DNA of 51,700 nucleotides from a virus (IMGVR_UViG_3300021168_000005:1-51700); one strand, 5' to 3'. Shown: positions 28,410 to 38,420, numbered from the stretch's first letter. Notes: generated from the sequence alone by a model not told the origin. Translations and numbers: made by a program.

Positions 28410-28778
28410 TTAAGCGTGAAATACGTTAAGCCGACCATTTGTTATCCCGTTGTTCTTTACTAACAAACCATTATTAACCCAACCAGCATTTCCAGACCTT
28501 ACGGTTTGAAGATCAGAAGCACCATTAAGATTGATAAATTGACGTGGAGAATTACCATCAATATTATCATATCTGAACAGTGTAGCTTGGTCCGCGTCTG
28601 CAATGTACTGCATAAATTCAACTTGAAAAATCTTCTGCGGTCCACGCCATACAACAAGATAAAAAGCACCATTAATAGTAACAACATCTCCCGGATTATT
28701 TCCACTGCCGCTATTAGCTGCCAAAGCTGCTACGTCAGTGGATAACACTATAAGAGGATTTCCAGTGAAATCAGCCAT
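28410..28778 (-). CDS. virion structural protein
   Basis: 122 aa, AGGAG RBS, structural block. Confidence 0.55.
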   Translation of the reverse strand: MADFTGNPLIVLSTDVAALAANSGSGNNPGDVVTINGAFYLVVWRGPQKIFQVEFMQYIADADQATLFRYDNIDGNSPRQFINLNGASDLQTVRSGNAGWVNNGLLVKNNGITNGRLNVFHA

Positions 28779-28814
28779 AGATTATCTCCTTAGAAGGCTC
28801 CTTTTCTAGCGAAG

Positions 28815-29381
28815 CTAGACATTAACGATTGCATAAGTAAGAACTACTTCAAGAGTTCCCGCACCCACGGTGTAATTAGCTGCACCATCATTACCAGCAA
28901 AAACACCTTGTCCGAGTGCTTGAGCATCCGTCAATGGTGTTGCTGCTGAACCAGCAGGTAAACCAGTAATACCAATAACAGAACCATTAGCAACCGCAGT
29001 TAGGATAGCTGATTGATCAGCAGAGATTGCCTTAGCATTAGCAACAGCACCAAGAAAGAGCTTGAATGTTCCGGCATTAAGAGTGTACGCCGCAGTCAAG
29101 AATAAATATCGAAGAGTAATCTCTTCGACATAAATAACTTGATTTGCTCCCGGATTAGGAAGTAACTGAATTGGCGTAGTCTTAAGCGCAAGTAACTGTG
29201 CGCTAGTTAGAAGAACTCTAGCAATAAGAGAAGGAGTTGCCACACCGGGATTAGTATTTGCTGTACCAGCAGCTACCTGTGGTACTGTTACACTACCATC
29301 AACGTTAAGAGATGCAATAACATCTACGTTATTTTCATCCAAAATCTGCCAAACAGGACTTGTAGAGATTCTTTGAGTCAT
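28815..29381 (-). CDS. putative head decoration protein
   Basis: LTSAQLLAL.TTPIQLLP.PGA motif, downstream of the capsid gene. Confidence 0.55.
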   Translation of the reverse strand: MTQRISTSPVWQILDENNVDVIASLNVDGSVTVPQVAAGTANTNPGVATPSLIARVLLTSAQLLALKTTPIQLLPNPGANQVIYVEEITLRYLFLTAAYTLNAGTFKLFLGAVANAKAISADQSAILTAVANGSVIGITGLPAGSAATPLTDAQALGQGVFAGNDGAANYTVGAGTLEVVLTYAIVNV

Positions 29382-29392
29382 ATTAAAACCTC

Positions 29393-29704
29393 CTAGAATA
29401 TAATATCGTCGTCTGTATTACTTCCGCTTTCCAGCGGAGTTATCAATTTTTCATTTGGTTCTAATTCGTGAGTAGGAATTTCTAATACTTGTGCTATATT
29501 AGATTCTCTTTGACCAACTAGATAATTCCCATGATTACCATAATCAACGCAATCCCACTTTTTACAGAGTAATAAACCACGCTGCCAAACCATTTCAGAG
29601 ATCTTTACACGGGAACCGCAACGAGAACAATAATGATATTCAACTTGATGAAACGATCTATCACCACGGTAAGCTGTCGTTACTACGATTGGTTGATTAG
29701 GCAT
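29393..29704 (-). CDS. Zn-finger protein of the head module
   Basis: CSRCG...WQRGLLLCKKWDCVD. Confidence 0.6.
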   Translation of the reverse strand: MPNQPIVVTTAYRGDRSFHQVEYHYCSRCGSRVKISEMVWQRGLLLCKKWDCVDYGNHGNYLVGQRESNIAQVLEIPTHELEPNEKLITPLESGSNTDDDIIF

Positions 29705-29872
29705 TAGATTATTATAGCGAAGGCTCCTTTAGTATGAAGGGTCAGCCATATTATAAAAGGCGGGCAGAAGAAAAGGAGCCTTAAGCCTAACTTCTGCCCT
29801 ATCCATTATTAACTCTCATTTGCTTCGTATCACCCGCGAAGGTAGGCGAAGAAAGAGAATTAAAATGGAATC

Positions 29873-30238
29873 TTATTTAGTCTCAATATGTTTTACCGCG
29901 CCAGCTTCTGCTTCGTTAAGATGTTTAAATCGTCCCTGCCATGCACACTTGCATTCAGCATAATATTTGTAATTCAAACCTTGCTGAGGTTTCACTGTCA
30001 CAATATGCTTACCATCGCTAGTTTGCATAGTAAACACAATATCCGAAGGATCTTCACCATGTACAGCTTCTTCAACTTCATCTTCAACTTTATGAATCTC
30101 AGCTTTCATTTTACTCAAAGCACTAGTTTTCGCAGGCGTTGCTTGTTGTTCGGCTTGAGTAACATTAACTTGATTATCTACATCAGGATTAACTTGTCCA
30201 GTACCACCACCTAATTTATCATCCAAGCTACCCATCAC
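29873..30238 (-). CDS. hypothetical protein
   Basis: 121 aa with C-terminal AECKCAWQG...H; AGGAG RBS. Confidence 0.6.
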   Translation of the reverse strand: MMGSLDDKLGGGTGQVNPDVDNQVNVTQAEQQATPAKTSALSKMKAEIHKVEDEVEEAVHGEDPSDIVFTMQTSDGKHIVTVKPQQGLNYKYYAECKCAWQGRFKHLNEAEAGAVKHIETK

Positions 30239-30254
30239 AGACTCCTTTCAGGTT

Positions 30255-30272
30255 TAAAAAAGGCTCCTTTTT
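30255..30272. terminator. palindromic AAAAAAGG-CT-CCTTTTTT element downstream of the capsid gene
   Basis: Perfect inverted repeat with flanking A/T runs, but a weak stem. Confidence 0.35.
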
Positions 30273-30347
30273 TCGCTCTGGCTTTAGTTTTTATGCGGAG
30301 TTAGCTGCCATACCTCTTTCTTTCTAATGTAAACAAACCATCAGAAT

Positions 30348-31301
30348 TTACGGACCATTGCTACCCCAAACTCCTAGCCAATGAGAAGCACCAGCAGCAA
30401 AACGCATCTTAGATTTTTGCTTCAGTGCATCTGTGTCAAAGTCATCATCATAATCCATGTCTGGTTTTTTACGCCACATGAATTTAAGTTGATGCATATC
30501 TTTTGCACAAACTGCAAACCATGCAGTGTCAGAGGTGAGATAATGGCCAACCATATAGCCAAGATCTTCACCAAGCAATGCGTTAATTTCGTTGGTCGCA
30601 GTTCCTGGTTTTCCGGGGCTTCCTAGTAGTTCTCTTGCAAGAAAGCGAAGCGCTGGAGGAATAACCAGAGCTTTAGGCTTAAGAACAATAGGAAGACCAA
30701 CACCGTCTACAATTCGTTCAAATTGATTTGTCATTGCAATAACAGCAGCAAGGCTCAAATCAACATCTACTGCGGGACGATTAGGAAAGGTTCCAGCAGC
30801 AGAAATAACTCCTGATAGTCCAGGACCGTAATTTGTGGCCGTTGGTCCACCAAGAAGAGGATGTTGGTTATTAAAGAGACTTACACCATCAATTGTTTTG
30901 ACGGTTGAAAAGCCAAGATTAAAGATATTCCACGGAACCATTTCTTCCGTGAATCTTTGACTACGCGCTAGTGCTTTAGGAATCTGTTTAATTACGCCAT
31001 ATTGATCGTCTTCATAAAGCTCAAAAGAAGCGCGAGCAGCAAGAGCGTAGGTTAGAGGGATATAACGTAAGGTGCCACCTTGAATAACCTGTGTATAATT
31101 AACAGGAGTATTTTCAGGTTTATATGGCATCGGGCCAGTTCCTGCAAATTCTACGTCGTCTGCGTAAGCAGTAGTAATATTTTCGACGTTAAAAATAGCA
31201 GGATATTCTAGGTCCCGTTGATAAGTCTCTAACCATTGGTTAAAGAGCTTATGTATGCCAGGCGCCATTAATTGTGCATACTGGCCGCGAACCATAGTCA
31301 T
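30348..31301 (-). CDS. major capsid protein (Mu gpT-like, HK97 fold)
   Basis: LYEDDQY, DGVSLFNNQHP, LVIPPAL, YLTSDTAWF, WLGVWGSNG; follows portal and scaffold. Confidence 0.88.
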   Translation of the reverse strand: MTMVRGQYAQLMAPGIHKLFNQWLETYQRDLEYPAIFNVENITTAYADDVEFAGTGPMPYKPENTPVNYTQVIQGGTLRYIPLTYALAARASFELYEDDQYGVIKQIPKALARSQRFTEEMVPWNIFNLGFSTVKTIDGVSLFNNQHPLLGGPTATNYGPGLSGVISAAGTFPNRPAVDVDLSLAAVIAMTNQFERIVDGVGLPIVLKPKALVIPPALRFLARELLGSPGKPGTATNEINALLGEDLGYMVGHYLTSDTAWFAVCAKDMHQLKFMWRKKPDMDYDDDFDTDALKQKSKMRFAAGASHWLGVWGSNGP

Positions 31302-31371
31302 AGAGTATTAATTCTCCTTGATTTATATAACAAGTAACAAAAAACAAGGCTCCTTTTTGTTATGAAGCTAA

Positions 31372-32013
31372 TTATGAATATTGCGATGCAGAACGTAGGA
31401 ACTTAAAACGTACTCTCGCGTTAGGAATAAGACCGTCGATTGGTGAAATCTCTACTAGCTCAACCACAGTATTAGTACCTACGGTAACTTTTCCACCATC
31501 TACATACCAATAAATTGGGGCAGTCAAGTCAGCCGTAAGGCCGAATTGAGTATTAAGCATAGCTTGTGTTGGAGTTGCTCCTACTGAGGTTCCAAGCGTA
31601 GAATTATCAAACATTGCTTCGAAGATAGTGTCATCAATAGCAGTGTTAAATTCAATCTGACCAGTTACAAAAGGAGCACCACGAGGAATATTAACAGCCA
31701 AACTTTCGTTTGATACTGAACCAAACGTAGTTCCTGTTCCTGGAAAACCTACGCCCACAAAACCACTTGGCGCGCCAGCTCCTGAAGATGCTAAATTATG
31801 AGCATCCTCCATAGCAACGCCAGCAATTACAGCAGCTACGCCACCACCTGTTCCTGCCCAAGCGATAACATTACCAGTTCCATCAACAGCAACTGGAGTA
31901 CCAGCAAGAAAAGTTTGTCCGTTCTTTTCGTTAATGTGTCTAGTATTATCAGTGTTACCACTGATGGTTATTACAACTGTAATAGGTGCGTGATGTGCTA
32001 AAAATGCGGCCAT
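31372..32013 (-). CDS. putative capsid cement / decoration protein
   Basis: F.AGTPV....G....AGVA...DDTIFEA pattern, immediately upstream of the capsid gene. Confidence 0.6.
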   Translation of the reverse strand: MAAFLAHHAPITVVITISGNTDNTRHINEKNGQTFLAGTPVAVDGTGNVIAWAGTGGGVAAVIAGVAMEDAHNLASSGAGAPSGFVGVGFPGTGTTFGSVSNESLAVNIPRGAPFVTGQIEFNTAIDDTIFEAMFDNSTLGTSVGATPTQAMLNTQFGLTADLTAPIYWYVDGGKVTVGTNTVVELVEISPIDGLIPNARVRFKFLRSASQYS

Positions 32014-32057
32014 TAGTTTTCCTCCTTCGGATTAATTTAAAACACTTAAAAATCACA

Positions 32058-32930
32058 TTAGCGACCTTCAGCAAACTCTTTATCTTGTGCTGCCATCTCT
32101 CCTGTTGACGGTGCATAAAATTCTACAGTGTGTCCTGCCTTACGCATTGCTTGCAAAACATCTGCGCCAACTTCGTTGGCTAGAGTTCTTTTTGCTTGTG
32201 CAATAGCATTAGGCTGCCACCGTCCAACCATTTCAAGAGAACGAATGATATTCTTCTTTAGTATACCCATAAGATGAATAACATCCACCTTCATAAGCAC
32301 AACATCAAACCATTTGATAGTTCCATCTTCCTTAAGAAGATGCTCGCTAAATCCACCTGCAATATCTTCAGCAACTGCGTTGCTAAAACCAATCGCCTTA
32401 AACATCGCATAGTTACCGCCTTCGTAGTTTTTATAATTAACCCAACGAAAGCGGATAGATGGATCTTTCGGCTTCACTTGCAACATCGCAGGAATATCAA
32501 AAGACTTAGCATCAATAAAAGGAAGATCAAGAATATCCGCCTCTGTCAAGTTAGCCAAGTCTACTTTAGTAGCACTCCGTGCCCTTGGACCATTTTGATC
32601 TTGTGAAGACGGCGGAGGAGTAATCTGAACATCTGGATTAAGATGATCCGTTGTTTGTTGACTAGAGAATCCTGCTTTATTCGTAGTTACTCTTACATCC
32701 GGTTGAAAAGGACTCTTAGCTTTACCAAGTACGTCAGTATTTGTATTACCTTTAGGAGTCATCTTATCCAAACGATCAATAACTTGCTGTGTTAAGTTAG
32801 ATGACGCCTGCGAAGGTTCTGCAAGTTTCTCCTTAGCAAGATCGCTAGCATTAGCTAAATCGCTATCAATAGCGGCAGGATTAGAAGTATTCTTTATGTT
32901 CTTAGCGATATCATCAAGAGACTTAGACAT
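32058..32930 (-). CDS. head-module protein
   Basis: FRWVN...GF...DVVLMK motif, between scaffold and capsid genes. Confidence 0.5.
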   Translation of the reverse strand: MSKSLDDIAKNIKNTSNPAAIDSDLANASDLAKEKLAEPSQASSNLTQQVIDRLDKMTPKGNTNTDVLGKAKSPFQPDVRVTTNKAGFSSQQTTDHLNPDVQITPPPSSQDQNGPRARSATKVDLANLTEADILDLPFIDAKSFDIPAMLQVKPKDPSIRFRWVNYKNYEGGNYAMFKAIGFSNAVAEDIAGGFSEHLLKEDGTIKWFDVVLMKVDVIHLMGILKKNIIRSLEMVGRWQPNAIAQAKRTLANEVGADVLQAMRKAGHTVEFYAPSTGEMAAQDKEFAEGR

Positions 32931-33654
32931 ACTTCAATCCACCTTTCGACTTTGCATAATCTTCAGGAGTCATTCCCCATTTCGCAGCTATTTGTAACTC
33001 CTGCGGAGTTAAATTATCTTCAAGCTTTGCAGAGGTATTACTATCTTTACGAATGACAGTAGTTCCTCCAGCCTGAATAATATTATACTTACCTTCTCTT
33101 TTGGCAGTATCAGTAGCAATTTCGTCTGCGTGGCGGCCTTTAACGAGATAATAGATATTCTCAATTAGCTCGTTAGGTTTACCTTTTTGCACAATCTGAT
33201 ATTTATTCCACTCTTTCTTAATCTCTTCTTCAAAGAGAGCAAAATGAGGGAGCGTATTTTTTGCATTCTGATACGCCATGTCAGCGGCTACGCCAAGTGT
33301 ATGTAGTTGAGTTCCTGCGATGGAAGCTTGTACAATCTTCTTAATATTACCAGAAGGGTCTTCCATAAAAGAGACAGGATCAATATTGAAAGGATCAGGA
33401 GGAGGCTCAGTTTGACGATTGTTATTACCACCATTGTTATTACCATCGTCATTATTTTGACGATCCTGATTCTCTAACTGTGTGCGCGATGTAAGCGCAG
33501 CAAGGCTATCTTTGATACTTGATAAAGAATCAGTTACAGTTTTAAGTTCTTCTTTAGAAGCAACGCCGTCTAGTTTACCTTCAAGATTTTTAATTCTATC
33601 AGGATCTAAACCAGCTTCTTTAAGTTCTTCTGGTGTTACTTTTCCCCATGCCAT
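32923..33654 (-). CDS. scaffolding protein
   Basis: Coiled-coil N-terminus and C-terminal LTPQELQIAAKWGMTPEDYAK helix-turn-helix. Confidence 0.7.
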   Translation of the reverse strand: MAWGKVTPEELKEAGLDPDRIKNLEGKLDGVASKEELKTVTDSLSSIKDSLAALTSRTQLENQDRQNNDDGNNNGGNNNRQTEPPPDPFNIDPVSFMEDPSGNIKKIVQASIAGTQLHTLGVAADMAYQNAKNTLPHFALFEEEIKKEWNKYQIVQKGKPNELIENIYYLVKGRHADEIATDTAKREGKYNIIQAGGTTVIRKDSNTSAKLEDNLTPQELQIAAKWGMTPEDYAKSKGGLKYV

Positions 33655-33655
33655 T

Positions 33656-34072
33656 TTAATTTACTCCTGCTGGCTGATTTTCAGGCTTGGCAACTTTAGG
33701 CATGTTAGATTTTGTATAACCTTCTGCCTCTAACTGTGCAAGCTCTGCTTTAATCTTATCAATTACTTTAAGTTGTTCCGGTATCCCAAGAATTTCTTTA
33801 AGCTCAAAGAGCCGACCTCTAATAACATCCGAAACGTCTTCACGTTTATCATTCAGATAATTATCAGCAAGCTCAGTCAAATAAAGCGCTGTCAAATCTT
33901 CCAAGAATTTTGTGTAATGCGTAGCAGCATCATCAAGCATCCAATTAACGATTGCCGTTTTGTGGCTGTAAAGCTCCTTGAATGGCTGGAACTGCCCCCG
34001 CTTGTCCATTGCTTCCAACTGGGAACGCAGTTGATGTGCTCTGTTCAGTTTCATTGGGTCTGTTGCTGACAT
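33656..34072 (-). CDS. small helical protein after portal
   Basis: AAGGAG RBS, IRGRLFELKEILGIP motif, 128-nt overlap with the portal gene. Confidence 0.65.
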   Translation of the reverse strand: MSATDPMKLNRAHQLRSQLEAMDKRGQFQPFKELYSHKTAIVNWMLDDAATHYTKFLEDLTALYLTELADNYLNDKREDVSDVIRGRLFELKEILGIPEQLKVIDKIKAELAQLEAEGYTKSNMPKVAKPENQPAGVN

Positions 34073-35882
34073 TTTCGTTGGCTCCTTTTGTTAACATTTT
34101 AACTACATTTAACTCCGGTTGTAATCTGGAAATATCGTCATGTCCAAAGTTTCTTAGAATACGGGACATTAGTTCGCCAGAGGCAGCGATTACACCAATA
34201 AGAAAGGTCTTTAATTCCGCAGGCATTTGTGGATTTCCAAGACCTTGAAGAATCTGTGCGATAGTCGCATGATGACGTTGCATTACTTGTACAAGCAACA
34301 TATCATTTTGTTTTTCAAGTTCTTTATTAATGCTCGCATTCGCTGCTCTTATAGGAAGATCTATACGACCTTGGCGTATATTCTCTAATGCTTTCTTAAG
34401 ATATTTTGCTTGTTCCCCGAAATATTTTAATCTATCTCCAACACCAAACTCTGCATACTGCTTTGCCGCTTTGCGACCGAGTTTAAGATGCATATATCTG
34501 AAATCGGTAATGTTAACATTAACTCTACGATTACCAGATTGCAGGACACTGAAAGTGCCCATAGCTGAAAGCTGGCCTTTTTTATTAGTAACATCTCCAC
34601 CCATCGCAGACATACCACTATCTACGCCAGCTCTTGCTTTGGCAAGTTCTATAGTTAAAGTTTCTTCTTGAACAGAGCTAGGATAGGCTACACCAAGTTG
34701 ATGAAGACCAAATTCTTCAGTAGATATTGGCAAGACTGCCATTGGATAAACGCCAAGGTTAGCATCTATCTTGTTATTACGGCCAACAGTAGCAACACTA
34801 GTATTACCAAGTGTCCTATTATCATTTCTCTGATTATGCCCCGTGGTGACTTCTTCTTGGTAATACTTAAGCATCTCAGCGAAACCATAACCAAGCAAAC
34901 CGTCGTCAGTATAACCAAGCCTTCCGAACTCAAAAGGTTCTTCGTTATCTGGATAAAAATTAAAAATAGCGTTACACTTAATATCACTACTCTTATGATA
35001 AAGGAAGATAATTTTCCACTTAGCATCGTTATGCCAATAATAGAACCAACACTCGTAGATATCCCATTCTGCTAAAATATTAGCATGTTGGGCTTCTACA
35101 TTTTGAAGTTGTTCTTTTTGCTGACGTTCGTTAGAAGCGCCATAGCGATCTGGAGACTTAAGAAGTTTTTCTTTATTTTCTTCAGAAAGCTCGAATAAGC
35201 CTAGGTGGATTTTTTCAAGAATTTGTTGCTTAGTAAGAGTATATTTATGATATTTGAATTGTGCTTTTTCCCAAGTCGGCGCACTTGCAGTGGCGCCCCA
35301 ATCTTCGATTGGTATCTTCTCGGGCCTTGGCCCATCATATTTAATGAGTTCTGTTGTAGCAGGAGTTCCACTATTTTCTAGGGCCGGACCGGTCACCTTC
35401 TTTTCAATTTCTGTTTCCCAAGGCTGTTTAATAAGGACTGACCCAAACTGGATCATATCATTAGCTGCAAGGCTTTCAACTCTATAGAGATCAAGCTCCG
35501 AAGGCTCCATCCCCATTAAATTCATAAATAATTCAAACGCAGTTCTTTGTGCTCCGCCTTCTTCTTGTTCCGGCCAGTCACCAACTAAGGATGAGGTCCA
35601 TAAAGGCATAATCTCATAGATAGTCCCTATGATACGAGCCTTAAGAGTATCAACATTCTCAGCGATAAGCTGAATGACCGTATTAGAAGCATTCGGCCAA
35701 GGCCAATCACGAGTTTCTTGTTCTGGTTGTCCTTTATAAAGACGACGAAATTCGGGAATTTTTTCGGTATGAAACTTATCATAAGCGTTAATCATAGCTT
35801 GCAAGTTCTCTTTTACAAAAAGATGCAAAGCTATATCTTCGTCGGCTCCAAAGGAAACCTTTATGGGTCGTGAGACGGGCAT
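33945..35882 (-). CDS. portal protein (P22-like)
   Basis: 645 aa after TerL; WPWPNASN, IYECW, GYGFAEML..Q motifs. Confidence 0.8.
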   Translation of the reverse strand: MPVSRPIKVSFGADEDIALHLFVKENLQAMINAYDKFHTEKIPEFRRLYKGQPEQETRDWPWPNASNTVIQLIAENVDTLKARIIGTIYEIMPLWTSSLVGDWPEQEEGGAQRTAFELFMNLMGMEPSELDLYRVESLAANDMIQFGSVLIKQPWETEIEKKVTGPALENSGTPATTELIKYDGPRPEKIPIEDWGATASAPTWEKAQFKYHKYTLTKQQILEKIHLGLFELSEENKEKLLKSPDRYGASNERQQKEQLQNVEAQHANILAEWDIYECWFYYWHNDAKWKIIFLYHKSSDIKCNAIFNFYPDNEEPFEFGRLGYTDDGLLGYGFAEMLKYYQEEVTTGHNQRNDNRTLGNTSVATVGRNNKIDANLGVYPMAVLPISTEEFGLHQLGVAYPSSVQEETLTIELAKARAGVDSGMSAMGGDVTNKKGQLSAMGTFSVLQSGNRRVNVNITDFRYMHLKLGRKAAKQYAEFGVGDRLKYFGEQAKYLKKALENIRQGRIDLPIRAANASINKELEKQNDMLLVQVMQRHHATIAQILQGLGNPQMPAELKTFLIGVIAASGELMSRILRNFGHDDISRLQPELNVVKMLTKGANENVSNRPNETEQSTSTAFPVGSNGQAGAVPAIQGALQPQNGNR

Positions 35883-35902
35883 CAGTGATGCCTTTCTTAA
35901 TA

Positions 35903-36226
35903 TTATTTCTTTTCTATAATTTGAACATCTGTAGCAATTTCAACCTTGGCCTCATCAATTGGTAAGACAGCCATCATCCCTTTAGTTAGGGGAGAGCGTC
36001 TAAATAGTACAACTAGCACTAGAGATGATGAAATCATGCCAGCACCAATTGATAAGGACCAAGATTTAGTGCTTACTAGAGAGCTACCACAGACAAAGAG
36101 AAAAGTACTAAAAGCGCTAAAGAACATCTGAAATAACAAGACGACCCATTGCTGGACTTTTTTAGTCTCATATATTCCGAGGAATATATTTGCGATAGCA
36201 GTAAATGGATCGCCTGTTATACTCAT
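35903..36226 (-). CDS. two-TM membrane protein (holin candidate)
   Basis: Two hydrophobic helices. Confidence 0.55.
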   Translation of the reverse strand: MSITGDPFTAIANIFLGIYETKKVQQWVVLLFQMFFSAFSTFLFVCGSSLVSTKSWSLSIGAGMISSSLVLVVLFRRSPLTKGMMAVLPIDEAKVEIATDVQIIEKK

Positions 36227-36227
36227 C

Positions 36228-36401
36228 TTAGCCTTTAATTGGTGACGGCATTAACCCTTTAACAACTCCCCATACTCCAGCAAGAATAATACTTGCTGTA
36301 GGATGAGCGCCCCAAAATGCGGTGGCGGTTGGTGTTAAAGCCGCTACTGCTGCGGTTCCAACTGTAATTATAATTGGAATCCACGCTTTAAGTGTGTTCA
36401 T
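36228..36401 (-). CDS. 57-aa two-TM membrane protein (holin candidate; not in ORF track)
   Basis: MNTLKAWIPIIITVGTAAVAALTPTATAFWGAHPTASIILAGVWGVVKGLMPSPIKG, GGAG RBS. Confidence 0.6.
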   Translation of the reverse strand: MNTLKAWIPIIITVGTAAVAALTPTATAFWGAHPTASIILAGVWGVVKGLMPSPIKG

Positions 36402-36450
36402 CAACATCTCCCCTTTTTTATTCCTACCATAGAATAAGGAGGGGGGAAAC

Positions 36451-38208
36451 TTAATAACCTTGCGAACCTACTTTACGCCGCTTAAATTGTTTAGCCTGTT
36501 GCGTAAGAAATTCTGAAATTTCTCTACTACTCATAGCGTCCATATCGAAGGTCTGAACACCGTAACCAAGAACATCAAGAATATCACGAGTAGCATGAAA
36601 AGGGTACTCCAAGTATTCGGAAATGAATTGCTCGTGTCCCGTGCGAAGACAATAAAACTCACCACGAGCAAACATAGGCTCAAGAGCATCAATACGATTA
36701 ATTTTGGCATCCTTACTATTATCTTTCTTGAACTCATTAATCTTAGTAAAGGTCCACTTTCCAGCTTTCTTATTTGTTTCGCTCGCAACTTCTAAGTGGT
36801 ACTTGAGCCATTTTTGCGCTCCAATAGTTTCAAGCCACGGTTCTTTGATTTTCCACTTTTCACCAAATTGAAATAGTTTACTAACCAAATCCGCATGAGA
36901 GGAATTGTCTGCATACAAATCCAAAAGATATACGCGAAAAGGCAATTCCAAAGTATAACCAAGAACAACAAGAGCGTGCCGTGAACGCCCTTCCGTTCCA
37001 GCGTGATTAGGGTCAAGCAAAAGAACCCGCTGTAAATGAGAAGGAAAAAGATTTTTGATAACCTGTCCATTTTTAGCTTCGTGTATTATCTGTACTCTTT
37101 TATCCCCCTTCAAGGGATCTACGGCTTGATATCGAAAATAATTTAAGTAAGACTCTTTAAATTTAGCATCAGTCGGAGGAACAGGGCTATTAAGAAATTG
37201 ACAGCTAAAAAAATAAGTGCCAAGCCGCGCTTTCCACCTATCGAGCTTCTTCCAGCTAAACTCGTGAGGAAATATAATCTTGCCACTAGGATGTTTGTCA
37301 CAACAGCCGCCAACAGCACTATGACTAGTAATTCTAAAGTACGATTCATTTTTACGAATCCAGTGATTAAGGTCTTTGTAACTCCACCTATTTCCGATTA
37401 CAACTTCGTCGTTATCTGCTTCAGGATCATTAGGATCACTATCAAAGGCTCCAACGAGTAACTTATGGTAGTCGATTGTACCATTCATTACTATTTCAGA
37501 TTCTAATGCTTCTTTTCCTACTAAATCATCTTCGATGGCTCGTTTATAATGCCGTGACTGTAATGCAGTTCCAACTGATAAGTAATCGTAAGTTCCTTCT
37601 CCATCAGCGGTTCTTCCACTACGCTTATGCGTCTTAGTTGTAACACTCCAATTACATGAGGTATCCGGTTTAATCTCGGAATAGAGTCTAGTGAAGAAAT
37701 CATTATTTTGATATTGGTTATCAACTCGTACTCCGAGTTTACCAATATTTTCTTTATTTTCGGACACAAGCAACGTCCTTGTATCTTGGTCATGCGCTCT
37801 ACGCATCCATTTAATCCACTCATCTCCATATCCCAAGGCGCGCATGAACTTCTCGTCCTCATCATTAAACGGCAAAGCCCACCATATAGGAGCGGATTCA
37901 CTACCGATCGTAGACTTGAAGTGGTCACGCGGTATCTCTATTATATCCTTTAATCTTTCAGATTCGAACAACTCACAGATGTCTTTATGCAAATACTCTC
38001 GTAAGCGATGCTTACGCAGTATAATTTTAGAGAAATAATAAAGAGAACCGAAACCATTAAGTCTATGTATAACATCTGCAACCTTTGGTGCTAACCCCGT
38101 AGGGTCTATAATAGTCCAATGATTAGCCCAACTCTTCGAGTTTTCTTGCTGTAACTGATCTACTAATCCATCAAGTTCTGTCGTTATATCTGTGGTCGAA
38201 GTAGGCAT
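36451..38208 (-). CDS. terL: terminase large subunit
   Basis: Walker A variant PRDHFKST, IEDDLV, GNRW, FSCQFLNSP, nuclease LLDPN and RDILDVL. Confidence 0.9.
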   Translation of the reverse strand: MPTSTTDITTELDGLVDQLQQENSKSWANHWTIIDPTGLAPKVADVIHRLNGFGSLYYFSKIILRKHRLREYLHKDICELFESERLKDIIEIPRDHFKSTIGSESAPIWWALPFNDEDEKFMRALGYGDEWIKWMRRAHDQDTRTLLVSENKENIGKLGVRVDNQYQNNDFFTRLYSEIKPDTSCNWSVTTKTHKRSGRTADGEGTYDYLSVGTALQSRHYKRAIEDDLVGKEALESEIVMNGTIDYHKLLVGAFDSDPNDPEADNDEVVIGNRWSYKDLNHWIRKNESYFRITSHSAVGGCCDKHPSGKIIFPHEFSWKKLDRWKARLGTYFFSCQFLNSPVPPTDAKFKESYLNYFRYQAVDPLKGDKRVQIIHEAKNGQVIKNLFPSHLQRVLLLDPNHAGTEGRSRHALVVLGYTLELPFRVYLLDLYADNSSHADLVSKLFQFGEKWKIKEPWLETIGAQKWLKYHLEVASETNKKAGKWTFTKINEFKKDNSKDAKINRIDALEPMFARGEFYCLRTGHEQFISEYLEYPFHATRDILDVLGYGVQTFDMDAMSSREISEFLTQQAKQFKRRKVGSQGY

Positions 38209-38221
38209 TTTTTACATAGCG

Positions 38222-38417
38222 CTTAGGTCCTAATTTTCGCGCCCCTAAGATTGTGGGAGGGTTTTCACTTTTGATCTCTCATCCGGGCATCTATCGAGCA
38301 TAATTTAAGGGGATTGTTATTATGCCCGTTGTGTTGATCGTAAGATGTCAGTCAAAACCCTCCCAAGGAAAAGACGACAGAGCTTACACTTAACACTCTT
38401 ACAAAATAACAATCCCC
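38222..38417 (-). ncRNA. putative structured RNA between terS and terL
   Basis: 12-bp stem 38254-38265/38354-38365, inner stem 38284-38290/38322-38328, and 13-nt loop-to-flank complementarity 38309-38321/38405-38417. Confidence 0.5.
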
Positions 38418-38420
38418 AAC

